Of a DNA stretch of 64,000 nucleotides, positions 47,709 through 60,085 are shown one piece after another. Both the position numbers and the translations under genes were made by a program. Numbering within the stretch: the first letter of the stretch is position 1; each line of letters opens with the position of its first letter. The stretch spans positions 418,435 to 482,434 of the forward strand of contig CAVVCK010000001.1 in NCBI GenBank assembly GCA_963746775.1, read 5' to 3'. The notes under the pieces are model-generated. The model made no database searches and was not told the origin of the DNA. It saw only the letters and a list, made by a program, of their open reading frames with translations. This DNA comes from an uncultured bacterium (GTDB taxonomy: Bacteria > Patescibacteriota > JABMPQ01 > CAVVCK01).

Positions 47709-48560
47709 TTAGGATCCTGAAGAGCCACTTCCAAGACTACCGCCCCCGCTACCAGTAAGGGCGCTAACTATAAACTGTGTAATAGCAAACGATAAAGCTA
47801 CTATTATAATTCCTATAATAGCATAAGTTAATACTTTTTTCGCTTTTCCAGCCTGTTCTTCGTTGCCAGCTGATGTCATATACATTACTCCGCCATAAAT
47901 AAGCATTACTAAAAGAATAATTCCTACCGCACCTGTAATATAACTAATAATTCTTACTATAACTGTAGCTATGTCATCCCGAGGAAGCTCACTAGGCACA
48001 GAATCTAATCCATAATTACTAGACGAACTTGGATTATTATTATTACGATTACTGCCTCCGCAGATATTATTAATACATTCTAAACCACCTGAGCAATCCT
48101 CATTATCTGTACAAGAAGCCCCACCACCAGTCCTATTAACACATGTACCACTTATACATTCAAGACTGCCTGAACAATCATTATCATCTGTGCAGATAGA
48201 ACCGCCGCCATTAATAACATCTGCGGGATCATTACCAGTTGGGCGATCACATGTTCCACTTCTGCAAACTAAACCCTCTGTACAATCAGAATTAATATTA
48301 CACGAATCTCCAAGTTCTGCTCTTAGTCTTGCTTCTTCGTCACTAGGTCCCTCACATATACCTGTAGTTGGGGGATCAACATCATCATTTGCTCCTACAC
48401 ATGTTTCTCTATTAGCTCTTTCACAATCTGAATCATAAGCACATTCATCACCTACTCTAGCATTTACGTCTCTAGTATTAAAATAAAAGACCAATCCCCA
48501 CGCAAGAATTACTCCAAAAAATAAAGGTAAAATTTTAAAAATTTGTTTTAAATTTTTCAT
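47709..48560 (-). CDS. VirB2/TrbC-like pilin-like protein, paralog 3 of 6, with large Cys-rich repeat ectodomain and Gly/Ser tail
   Basis: Repeats of C..D.DCSG.LEC..G.C. Then IYGGVMYMTSAGNEEQAGKAKKVLTYAIIGIIIVALSF. Ends GSGGGSLGSGSSGS. Confidence 0.55.
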   Translation of the reverse strand: MKNLKQIFKILPLFFGVILAWGLVFYFNTRDVNARVGDECAYDSDCERANRETCVGANDDVDPPTTGICEGPSDEEARLRAELGDSCNINSDCTEGLVCRSGTCDRPTGNDPADVINGGGSICTDDNDCSGSLECISGTCVNRTGGGASCTDNEDCSGGLECINNICGGSNRNNNNPSSSSNYGLDSVPSELPRDDIATVIVRIISYITGAVGIILLVMLIYGGVMYMTSAGNEEQAGKAKKVLTYAIIGIIIVALSFAITQFIVSALTGSGGGSLGSGSSGS

Positions 48561-48586
48561 TTTTTTATAATTTTATGTTTTCATAA

Positions 48587-48958
48587 TTATCCACTGATAA
48601 TATTAATAACCGTATTTACAATCACATAAGATAAAATAGAAACTATTAATCCCATAACAGAATACCCTAAAACTTTTTTTGCTTTATTTGATTGTTCTTC
48701 ATTGCCCGCTGAAGTCAAATATAATATTCCACCATAAACAAAGGAAGCAACTGCCAAAATTCCAATTAAACCTATAACAGCGCTTAGTACTTTGGCAACT
48801 AGTTCTGGAATTGTATTAACACCAGTTAAAGGATTAGTAATTCCCGTTCCGCCGCTACTAGCCTGTACCATATTGATTGTAAAAAAAATAAAAATACCAC
48901 TAATTAAAAATAGTATCTTAATACAAATAAGTTTAGACTTATAAATTGAAAATTTCAT
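48587..48958 (-). CDS. VirB2/TrbC-like pilin-like protein, paralog 4 of 6
   Basis: VYGGILYLTSAGNEEQSNKAKKVLGYSVMGLIVSILSY. Confidence 0.55.
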   Translation of the reverse strand: MKFSIYKSKLICIKILFLISGIFIFFTINMVQASSGGTGITNPLTGVNTIPELVAKVLSAVIGLIGILAVASFVYGGILYLTSAGNEEQSNKAKKVLGYSVMGLIVSILSYVIVNTVINIISG

Positions 48959-48961
48959 TTA

Positions 48962-49342
48962 TTATCCTCCAATAGCATTGATTAATGTATTAATAATTAC
49001 ATAAGATAAAATAGTAACTGCTAAACCTATTAGAGCATAAGTCATAGTTTTCTTGGCCTTACCAGCTTGTTCTTCGTTGCCTCCTGAAGTAAAATATAAA
49101 ATTCCAGCATAAACCATAGCCGCCACAGCCGCTAATCCAACAATAGCCGTAATAAAACGTACAACAGCTGCCGCTAATTCTGTTGGACTACTTATATTAA
49201 TAGGGCTTTGCAAACTGACTACATCCCCTGAACCTCCAGAAGAAGCCTGAACATTATTTATTTCAAATATTAAAAAAAACATTAAACATATATTCAAAAC
49301 CATAAAAACAGCTAAATATTTTGATAACATATTCATATTCAA
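48962..49342 (-). CDS. VirB2/TrbC-like pilin-like protein, paralog 5 of 6
   Basis: VYAGILYFTSGGNEEQAGKAKKTMTYALIGLAVTILSY. Confidence 0.55.
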   Translation of the reverse strand: MNMNMLSKYLAVFMVLNICLMFFLIFEINNVQASSGGSGDVVSLQSPINISSPTELAAAVVRFITAIVGLAAVAAMVYAGILYFTSGGNEEQAGKAKKTMTYALIGLAVTILSYVIINTLINAIGG

Positions 49343-49362
49343 TAAATATTAGTACATAGAAA

Positions 49363-50256
49363 TTAACAACTAGGATTCCACCAAGATCCACCCCCAGCAT
49401 TAAATCCGGTTATATTAAGAATAGTATTAATAATTACCCAAGCAGCAAAAACAACTACAGTACCCAGTACTGCAGCTGTTATTATCTTCTTGGCGGCTGC
49501 TATCGTTTCTTCAGACCCTCCAGACCTGACATAAGTAAATCCACCCAGAGTTATCACTGCTACCGCTACAATGCCTACTATTTCAAAAGCAAATCTAAAA
49601 ACGTTACCAATAACTTTTAAAATATCACAGGTATTACATTTACCAAAAGCCATGCATTCAGTAGTAAGTCCTTCTGTAAAAATCCCTCGCTCAGCTGAAT
49701 TAGCCGCATCTATCTGTCTTTGCTCCCAAGCACTATAATCTATACCGCCGCCGCTTCTTCCTGTAGATGGCACGGTATCATCAGGTGTGATTGTAACATC
49801 ACTTGGTAAAACGCATCTTCCATTTTGACATAATTTTCCACTACCACACGAAGTATCACCAGAGCAAGGAATACAATGATGGCTAGCACATATTTCACCA
49901 TTACAATCTTCATTACTGCTACAATTGCTTGTATCTGGGGTTGGAGCTGTATGTTCTGGCTCACCAGCCAGGCAAGTTTTCCCAGATATCCCTGATCCAA
50001 TATCATGACATTGAAATCCAGAAGGACAATCTGCATCAGCATTACATAATGCTACACAAGTTCCTGCACCATTATCTCCCCCTGATGGAATACACCTTTC
50101 ATTACTACCACATGGAGTACTATCACTACATGCACTCCCAGGAGTTGCCTTTGTTATTTTAATATTATATACAAAAAATAATCCTAAAAAAATAATAATA
50201 AATATTAAAATGGGAAAAATGTATAATAAATATTTACTAATACGTTTTATAGTCAT
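49363..50256 (-). CDS. VirB2/TrbC-like pilin-like protein, paralog 6 of 6, with Cys-rich ectodomain
   Basis: N-terminal TM. About 150 aa with ~24 Cys in C..DxDC..G..C spacing. Then ITLGGFTYVRSGGSEETIAAAKKIITAAVLGTVVVFAAW. Confidence 0.5.
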   Translation of the reverse strand: MTIKRISKYLLYIFPILIFIIIFLGLFFVYNIKITKATPGSACSDSTPCGSNERCIPSGGDNGAGTCVALCNADADCPSGFQCHDIGSGISGKTCLAGEPEHTAPTPDTSNCSSNEDCNGEICASHHCIPCSGDTSCGSGKLCQNGRCVLPSDVTITPDDTVPSTGRSGGGIDYSAWEQRQIDAANSAERGIFTEGLTTECMAFGKCNTCDILKVIGNVFRFAFEIVGIVAVAVITLGGFTYVRSGGSEETIAAAKKIITAAVLGTVVVFAAWVIINTILNITGFNAGGGSWWNPSC

Positions 50257-50295
50257 TATAATAATTACTTAGGTTTTATTTAAATAATCTCACTC

Positions 50296-51663
50296 TTATT
50301 TAACTTTCATTTGAGCTGTCACTTGATCTACAGCTTCATTCAAACCTTCTTCCGGATCTTTTTCCCCCAGAGCTACGGATTCTATTAAATTAGAAAATAT
50401 TTCCTCAATTGCGTCCGAATTCGCTTGATACCAGCTCGTAGCAGTAAGCGCTTGTTTAGAAAATATTTTTAATAAGGGGTCGTTTAATTGATTATTAACA
50501 ACATCCTTACGAGAAGCTGGTCGACCTGTCATTTCTGAATAATTTTGTATATTCTCTTGTTTAGCTAAATAATTTAAAAAATTCCAGGCTTCCCGTTGAT
50601 AAGGAGAAGTTCTAGAAACTACTTCTGCCCAGTAGTTAGCATAATTCACTTCTTTAGAACTTTCTTCTATTTGTGGCATAAAAGTAATACCATAATTTAA
50701 ATTAGGCGCTTTGGATTTAATAACCTCATCCTCATAAGAATAACTAAAGGCCATAGATGCCTTTTCTTCAATAAAGGCATCAATAGAATTATGTAGAGCA
50801 GGATTCCAAGTATAAACTGATTTCTTAGGATTGGCAAAATCAGTATAAAAAATTAAAGCATCAAGTCCTGGAGTATATACTTCCCCACCGGATGTTTTGG
50901 CTTTACTATTAAACATTGCTTTTTTATAACCTTCATCAGTCATTTGTGTCCCATTTTGTAACATTAATAGATATAAAATATCAACTGCCCGAGATACATT
51001 CTTAGAGGTACCCAGAGCTCCTCCAGCTATATCTATATTACCATAACTATCAACTTTATTTAATATCTTTACATCATCTACAAATTCCGTCCAATTAGCT
51101 GGCGGCGCAGTTATCCCGGCTGTATTAAAATAGTCTTTATTATAATATAGAGCTAGGGTATCTACACTGAAAGGTATGCCATAAATGTTTCCTTCTGTAT
51201 CCTGAAAATCACGCAAGGCAGTATCTACAAAAGTTTCTCCATAGACATCCGGTGCCATAATATCAGTTGGCATAGGAGCTAATTTGTCTTTGTGTTTTGG
51301 TAGCCAAGTATTATGTATAGACCAGATATCAGGTCCTTTTCCAGCTGCTAGAGCGCTTGTTATTTCATTTTCATATTCACCATAAGTCAATTTACGATAA
51401 TTTATTTTTATATTAGGGTAAGCTTTTTCATAGGCTTTAATTTCTTCTCTAAAAACATCCTGGCTATCCCAAAGTCGCCACCAATTAATTTCTATTTTTT
51501 CACTGGCAGAAGTTGTTCCACCCGAACCATCGCTAGTGCCGTTACTACCATTATCAGTAGTTTGCTTACAACCCAAACCTCCAAAAATCAAAGTTGTAAT
51601 CAATGAAAAAATTAGAAAAACACACTTTTTATTTCTAGATTTTACTTGAAATAAATTTTTCAT
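50296..51663 (-). CDS. extracellular solute-binding lipoprotein (ABC transporter family 1, sugar-type)
   Basis: Lipobox GGLGC. EKIEINWWRLWDSQ...YPNIKINY... typical of MalE-like SBPs. 455 aa. Confidence 0.7.
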   Translation of the reverse strand: MKNLFQVKSRNKKCVFLIFSLITTLIFGGLGCKQTTDNGSNGTSDGSGGTTSASEKIEINWWRLWDSQDVFREEIKAYEKAYPNIKINYRKLTYGEYENEITSALAAGKGPDIWSIHNTWLPKHKDKLAPMPTDIMAPDVYGETFVDTALRDFQDTEGNIYGIPFSVDTLALYYNKDYFNTAGITAPPANWTEFVDDVKILNKVDSYGNIDIAGGALGTSKNVSRAVDILYLLMLQNGTQMTDEGYKKAMFNSKAKTSGGEVYTPGLDALIFYTDFANPKKSVYTWNPALHNSIDAFIEEKASMAFSYSYEDEVIKSKAPNLNYGITFMPQIEESSKEVNYANYWAEVVSRTSPYQREAWNFLNYLAKQENIQNYSEMTGRPASRKDVVNNQLNDPLLKIFSKQALTATSWYQANSDAIEEIFSNLIESVALGEKDPEEGLNEAVDQVTAQMKVK

Positions 51664-51680
51664 TTTATTTTTAATAAATT

Positions 51681-52553
51681 TTATTTTATTATTTCTTTTA
51701 AATATTTTTTTAAACCTGCATTTAACTCCTTATCTTTTAAAGCAAAATCAATATTTGCCTTTAAATATTCTAACTTATTGCCAGTATCATAATATTTAGA
51801 ATTTTTTATTTCACAGGCATAAACTGCTCTTTTTTTCATTAAAGCATTAATAGCATCAACTAGCCACAATTCATTGTCCTTGCCAATTTTAGTATTTTCC
51901 AAATAATCAAATATTTCTGGATTAAAAATATACGCTCCATGTACTGCTAAATTAGAAGGAGCTTTATTGGGATTTGGTTTTTCAATAATTTTTTTAATTT
52001 CATATACTCCCTTTTCTACTTCATTGTAATCAGCAATACCATATTTAGAAACTGCTGATTTATTAGGTATTCTAACACCAGAAATAACACAATCTTCATA
52101 TTTATCATAAACATCCATCATCTGTTTTAATCTAGGTGGTTTAGCATAAATAAATTCATCACCCCAAAGCACAGCAAAGGGCTCATTGCCAATAACAGAT
52201 TTAGCATTTAAAACAGGTGTTCCATTGCCATACGGGCCTTTTTGTCTTATATAAATAAAATTAGCCATACTAGCTACTTTTCTTATTTCTTCTAGCTGTT
52301 TAAATTTACCTGCTTCTTCTAGTCTTTTTTCCAATTCAAATGGATAATCAAAGTGATCCTCAATGCTTCGTTTATGCCAACCGGTAATAATAATTATATC
52401 TTCAATCCCTGACGCTACCGCTTCTTCAACAACATATTGAATTATCGGTTTATCAACTACTGGCAACATTTCTTTTGGTTGAGCTTTGGTAGCAGGCAGA
52501 AATCTTGTTCCCATGCCTGCTGCTGGTATTACAACTTTTTTAATCTTGGACAT
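51681..52553 (-). CDS. galU: UTP--glucose-1-phosphate uridylyltransferase
   Basis: KKVVIPAAGMGTRFLPATKAQPKEMLPVVDKPIIQYVVEEA. Confidence 0.85.
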   Translation of the reverse strand: MSKIKKVVIPAAGMGTRFLPATKAQPKEMLPVVDKPIIQYVVEEAVASGIEDIIIITGWHKRSIEDHFDYPFELEKRLEEAGKFKQLEEIRKVASMANFIYIRQKGPYGNGTPVLNAKSVIGNEPFAVLWGDEFIYAKPPRLKQMMDVYDKYEDCVISGVRIPNKSAVSKYGIADYNEVEKGVYEIKKIIEKPNPNKAPSNLAVHGAYIFNPEIFDYLENTKIGKDNELWLVDAINALMKKRAVYACEIKNSKYYDTGNKLEYLKANIDFALKDKELNAGLKKYLKEIIK

Positions 52554-52610
52554 AATATAATAATAAATTAATTACATAATAACAAAAATAAATCTTTATT
52601 ACAATTTAAA

Positions 52611-53144
52611 TTACCTTAGATATAGAAAAATAGGAGTGCTTTTTCTGTCATTATTTTTTAAAACAATTTTTTTGTCTACTATCCAGTCTAGAAAAGAAAA
52701 TGCATACGATAATACTTTGGCTCCTTTTTTTAATTCTTTGGTTAATTTACTACTCAGTTTTTTATTAATTTCAGGCATTAAATAACAAAATACGATATCA
52801 GCTTTCGACAAATCGGCCTTAAAAAAATCTTTACAAAACACTTGGGCACTACTTTTATGAAAATAAATATTTAATTTAGCAATTAAAAAAGGTATTGGGG
52901 ATAATTCAAATCCGTAAGCTTTTACTCTATATTTTCTTTCAACCAAAACTAACAAATCACCTATTCCGCAACCTAAATCATATAATACATCATTTTCTTT
53001 AATACCAGCCACTTCTAATATTTTATTTTTAATCTTTTCGGGGCTTCTAATAAAAGGTACTCTGGTTATAAAAAAAGATAATATGGTCGATAAATATAGT
53101 AAAAGCAATATAAAGACAATAAACAAAAATAAATAATATACCAT
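52611..53144 (-). CDS. membrane-anchored class I SAM-dependent methyltransferase
   Basis: N-terminal TM. Motif I VLYDLGCGIGDL. Confidence 0.6.
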   Translation of the reverse strand: MVYYLFLFIVFILLLLYLSTILSFFITRVPFIRSPEKIKNKILEVAGIKENDVLYDLGCGIGDLLVLVERKYRVKAYGFELSPIPFLIAKLNIYFHKSSAQVFCKDFFKADLSKADIVFCYLMPEINKKLSSKLTKELKKGAKVLSYAFSFLDWIVDKKIVLKNNDRKSTPIFLYLR

Positions 53145-53240
53145 ATTTATCCAATATAATTATTCTAAAAATCTTTATAATATTATCACATAAAAACAAA
53201 AAAACCAACCCTCAGGCTGGCTTATTTTAAAGCTCATTAT

Positions 53241-53355
53241 GTTGGCGACGACCTACTTTCTCCTACCATAATAGTAGGGTAGCATCGGCGCTGGTAAGTT
53301 TTACTTCTGAGTTCGAGATGAGATCAGGTAGTTCCTTACCGCAAGAGCCACCAAC
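53241..53355 (-). rRNA. rrf: 5S ribosomal RNA
   Basis: Reverse complement GTTGGTGGCTCTTGCGGTAAGGAACTACCTGATCTCATCTCGAACTCAGAAGTAAAAC...CAGCGCCGATGCTACCC matches the 5S consensus. Flanked by the processing stem GCTCATTATGTTGG / CCAACATAATGAGC. Confidence 0.85.
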
Positions 53356-53479
53356 ATAATGAGCTCTAATTATCTTTAACAATTATAAAACGCTAGCCAA
53401 TTAGTACGTTGAAATGTTGAAAATGTTGGAATCAAAATGATTTCAACGGTTTCAACGATTACAACGAATTTTAATACTA

Positions 53480-56305
<2,826 letters not shown>

Positions 56306-56549
56306 TAATTGACTAGCAATTTATAATTGCTATTACGATATTTAATTGTAAAAAGTGCTTATCTTTAAAAAATCTATCAAACAAATCTTTGTCCGCCAAA
56401 GGCTTTGGCGTGGATGAAAGGTACTAAAAAAACCGCCCATCAAGCGGCTCATTCTGGCTAGTCTATAAAAACATCCACTACTTGTGCCGCTTTTTAAACA
56501 ATTCTTTTAAGTTGTCTTTTTGGTTTAAAATCATATATTGTTGATCACT

Positions 56550-56578
56550 CTTACCATATTACTTTTATTAAAAATCTT
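56550..56578 (-). promoter_or_regulatory. sigma70 consensus promoter TTGACA-16-TAATAT for the 23S-5S operon
   Basis: Minus strand reads CTTGACAAGATTTTTAATAAAAGTAATATGG, about 240 nt upstream of the mature 23S 5' end. Confidence 0.55.
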
Positions 56579-56622
56579 GTCAAGGATTAAATCTAGATAA
56601 TAAGTGGATTAAATGTTTATAA

Positions 56623-57699
56623 CTATTTAATCTTATTTAGATACTTGCCCCACTCTTTTTTTTCCCTATTTTTCCAATATCCTTGGTGATAAACATAGCT
56701 AGCTATAAGAGGTAAGACAGTCGTTGCTTCCGCATAAACCATTTGCTCATAAGTTGTCTCCACTTTCCCCCAAGATGAGGCCTCTTTTAGGGTTGAACTA
56801 GAACAAGCTCCGTCTCTAACATCCGCTACCGTTATTTGTATGGCATATTTATGCATAGGCACTTCTTTTCCTAAAACTTCTGCACAAACAACAATATCTT
56901 GAGCAAAATTTTTAGGAGTTCCGCCGCCTATCATTAATAAACCTGATGTTTTAGCTTTCATTTTAATCTGAGTTAATTCCATAAAATCCTTTACAGAATC
57001 TATAGAAACATGGCTTTTTTTATTTTCCCATTGATGTAGAACCAAACCGAAACCAGCACTAGAATCAGAAAAAGCTGGGCAAAAAATTGGTACGTTATTT
57101 TCATAAGCAGCCTGTACTAAAGAATTTTTCTTTTTGGAATTCTTTTTTAAATATTTACCCATTTCCCAAATAAATTCTCGAGAGGAATAAGGTCTATGCT
57201 CTAGACCATCTGCAATTTTTTTTATTATTTCATCACAAACCTGCAATTCTTTCTCATCAATAAAAGTATCATAAATTCTATCCACATAAAGCTCCCTTAA
57301 CTTTGCATCATCTATAAATTGAGTTCCTTTGTAATGTTTAAACCCTAGGGCTTCGAAAAAATCCATATCAACAATAGAAGCGCCAGTGGCCACAATCACA
57401 TCTACCATTTTGTTTTTCACCATATCTACATAAAGTTGCATACAACCTCCGGCACTAGTACTACCTGCCAAGGTTAAAATTACTGTGCATTTTTTATCTT
57501 TAATCATTTTATTAAAAATATCAGCCGCATTAGCTGTATCACGACTGGTAAAAGACATGTCGCGCATAGCATTGATTATTTTAGTTGAATCAAATGATTT
57601 GATATCAATGTGTTTTATAGTTTTCTTTAATAAATCTTTTTTATTCATTTTATTAGCATTATTAGTATAAATTAGTATATTAGCATCGGTTTTTCCCAA
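56623..57699 (-). CDS. deoxyhypusine synthase-like protein (DHS family NAD-dependent aminobutyl transferase)
   Basis: ILTLAGSTSAGGCMQ...VIVATGASIVDMDFF...GGGTPKNF motifs of the DHS fold. 358 aa. Its 5' end overlaps the agmatinase gene. Confidence 0.65.
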   Translation of the reverse strand: MGKTDANILIYTNNANKMNKKDLLKKTIKHIDIKSFDSTKIINAMRDMSFTSRDTANAADIFNKMIKDKKCTVILTLAGSTSAGGCMQLYVDMVKNKMVDVIVATGASIVDMDFFEALGFKHYKGTQFIDDAKLRELYVDRIYDTFIDEKELQVCDEIIKKIADGLEHRPYSSREFIWEMGKYLKKNSKKKNSLVQAAYENNVPIFCPAFSDSSAGFGLVLHQWENKKSHVSIDSVKDFMELTQIKMKAKTSGLLMIGGGTPKNFAQDIVVCAEVLGKEVPMHKYAIQITVADVRDGACSSSTLKEASSWGKVETTYEQMVYAEATTVLPLIASYVYHQGYWKNREKKEWGKYLNKIK

Positions 57700-58549
57700 A
57701 TTTATAACTTAATATTTTATAAATAAGCTTTGAGGCTAGAAAATCTGGAGCTTTATTATTTTTATTTGGACAAAGTTCAACAACATCAAATCCAACTAGT
57801 TCTTTTTTTTCTACAACCTTTTTTAATAAATCTAAAATTTCATACCAATATAGCCCCCCTGGCTCAGGTGTGCCAGTTGAAGGCATAATTGAGGGATCAA
57901 AAACATCAAGATCGAGGGTTAAATATACTCTTGAAGATAGGCTATCAATTACTTTATTTATCCAGTTTTTATCATTTTTAATTTGTTCGGCAAAAAATAT
58001 TGTTTTTTTGTTTATAGATTTTTTCTCGGCTATGTCTATGCTTCTTATACCCACTTGAACAACAGGACAACACTCTTTTGCTCTAGCCATTACACAAGCA
58101 TGATTATATTTTGAACCATCATAAGAATCTCTTAAATCAGAATGGGCATCGAGCTGCAAAATACATAGATCATTAAAATTTTTAGCATGAGCTTTAATCG
58201 ATCCAATGCTAATCGAATGCTCACCACCAATTAAAACTGTAAACTTGTCTTTTTTTATAAAATTATTTACTTTTTTTTCTACCGCCTTAACCATTTTCTC
58301 CGGAGAGGATTTTTCAGTTATAGGTCTGTCAGTATAAATCCCTTTTTTATAAACTTCGCTATCAGTCTCAATATCATAAAGCTCCATGTTAGCTGAGGCC
58401 TCTATGATAGCCAAAGGACCCTTATCTGCCCCCTTAATCCATGTACTTGTTTTATCATAAGGTACTGGAACTATAACTATTTTTGAATTTTTCTCACTGC
58501 TATATCTGGATGGAATATCTCCATAGTTTAACTTTTTCTTTCTAGTCAT
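57680..58549 (-). CDS. speB: agmatinase (ureohydrolase/arginase family)
   Basis: GGEHSISIG, LQLDAHSDLRD, DLDVFDPSIMPSTGTPEPGG (Mn-binding motifs). Confidence 0.8.
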   Translation of the reverse strand: MTRKKKLNYGDIPSRYSSEKNSKIVIVPVPYDKTSTWIKGADKGPLAIIEASANMELYDIETDSEVYKKGIYTDRPITEKSSPEKMVKAVEKKVNNFIKKDKFTVLIGGEHSISIGSIKAHAKNFNDLCILQLDAHSDLRDSYDGSKYNHACVMARAKECCPVVQVGIRSIDIAEKKSINKKTIFFAEQIKNDKNWINKVIDSLSSRVYLTLDLDVFDPSIMPSTGTPEPGGLYWYEILDLLKKVVEKKELVGFDVVELCPNKNNKAPDFLASKLIYKILSYKFGKNRC

Positions 58550-58550
58550 A

Positions 58551-59105
58551 TTATTTAAACTCCGGATAAATATAATTTATAAAACAAATAGCAACTAAAG
58601 CTGTGCCATATTTTTTTTTGGATACAAAACTCTCCAAAGTTATTTTTATATCCTGGAGAAAATATTTTTCTGAATAGCCATTAGTATAAAGTTCGTTTAA
58701 ACTTTGCTTAAGTTGATCTTCTGCTTCTCCCTTGGATAGCGAACCATTATATTCACAAACTAACCCGCCATACTTTTTATTATTTTTCTTACTATAAAGC
58801 CAACCGAAAATAATCCCAGCAGTACAAATTTCTCCTTTCTTTTTATTAGCTACAGCCATGATTGTTTCCATAACCGAACCATGAACAAATTCTCCAGGAA
58901 TGCTAACTTCTTTGGCTATCCCTGGCAGAATAGAAGAATAAGTAATTATATTGCACTGATGTATATTATCAGCATTTTTCAGAGCCAAATGATATGAACC
59001 AGCGTGAATGGTTATATCACTTTCACCCTTCCCTTTAGTTATAAAAAAATCTCTAGGTACTCTATTTCCATAAAGAACATTATTGCTTTGAGCTATATTG
59101 TTCAT
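58551..59105 (-). CDS. pdaD: pyruvoyl-dependent arginine decarboxylase
   Basis: VPRDFFITKGKGESD...NIITYSSILPG with SS self-cleavage site. 184 aa. Confidence 0.7.
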   Translation of the reverse strand: MNNIAQSNNVLYGNRVPRDFFITKGKGESDITIHAGSYHLALKNADNIHQCNIITYSSILPGIAKEVSIPGEFVHGSVMETIMAVANKKKGEICTAGIIFGWLYSKKNNKKYGGLVCEYNGSLSKGEAEDQLKQSLNELYTNGYSEKYFLQDIKITLESFVSKKKYGTALVAICFINYIYPEFK

Positions 59106-59109
59106 TTTA

Positions 59110-59160
59110 TTTTAAGTAAAATAAAAATCTATAATCTTTTTATTAGATTATAGAGTTTTT
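59110..59160. terminator. hairpin TCTATAATC-TTTTTATTA-GATTATAGA with T-runs on both strands
   Basis: Inverted repeat read from the sequence, between the pdaD start and the upstream minus-strand genes. Confidence 0.4.
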
Positions 59161-59394
59161 TTATTTCAAATTAAATAAATTTTATCCACTTTTTTTATTG
59201 CCATGCTAGAGATGGCTTTAGGTGATATTCTATAAAAATATTACCAGTAAATTTTGATTTAAAATTTTCTAAATTCACAGATAATAATTTCTTACTATTA
59301 CTTTTATCAATAATAATTTTTTTGTAAAGCTTATTATTCTTCGGCATGTTGATAACTTTTCTCCAAGAAATAATATTTGGATTTGCAATTACTA

Positions 59395-60078
59395 TCATAC
59401 GCTTCCTTTATTCTTCCACTTAGCAGCTATATACAAAAAAGGAGTATCACAAGCTGCTACAATCATCTTTATTATGAAAGTAGAAATAAATATTTGCCAA
59501 AAAATATTACTCTCAAAAACTCCCCAAAAAGCTATGCTAGAAAAAATTACACTATCAATTAACTGACTAGTCATAGTTGATAAATTATTCCTAATCCAGA
59601 TATTCCTAAAGCTGGGGAATTTTCGGCGCCAGAAATTATACGCCCAAATATCATGCATATTAGAAACTAAATAAGCAATAAGACTTGCAGCCGCAATCCT
59701 GGGCATTATAGAAAATATTGTTTCTAAGCTGCTTTGCGCAAAATCGCTCTCGTGAGGAATAAACCAAAGACAAATGGTCATTATAATTACAGTGGATATT
59801 AAACTGAAAAAACCTATCCAAACTCCTTTTTGTGCTTCTTCTTTATTATAATTCTCAGTTAATATATCCGTACAAAGAAACGACGTACCGTAAATTATAT
59901 TACCTAAAGTGGCTACCATGCCAAATAACTCTACTGTTTTTAGAACTTGAATATTAGCTAAAATAGCTGCTATCGCCATCCAGGAATAAAGACCGGCTTT
60001 ACCGAATAGGCGATAAGCAATTAAAATTAGCCCGAAATTTATAATTAACAATAAAATCCAGAGTAAAATGTTGGTCAT
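59395..60078 (-). CDS. queuosine-precursor transporter-like membrane protein (YhhQ/DUF165 family)
   Basis: 6 TM. AILANIQVLKTVELFG...GTSFLCTDILTENYNKEEAQKGVWIGF pattern typical of YhhQ. Confidence 0.45.
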   Translation of the reverse strand: MTNILLWILLLIINFGLILIAYRLFGKAGLYSWMAIAAILANIQVLKTVELFGMVATLGNIIYGTSFLCTDILTENYNKEEAQKGVWIGFFSLISTVIIMTICLWFIPHESDFAQSSLETIFSIMPRIAAASLIAYLVSNMHDIWAYNFWRRKFPSFRNIWIRNNLSTMTSQLIDSVIFSSIAFWGVFESNIFWQIFISTFIIKMIVAACDTPFLYIAAKWKNKGSV

Positions 60079-60085
60079 AAAAATA

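Noticed and set aside
59195-59398. 67-aa minus-strand ORF between pdaD and the YhhQ-like gene
   Set aside because: No motif or hydrophobic pattern. Possibly real, but it cannot be supported beyond ORF presence.
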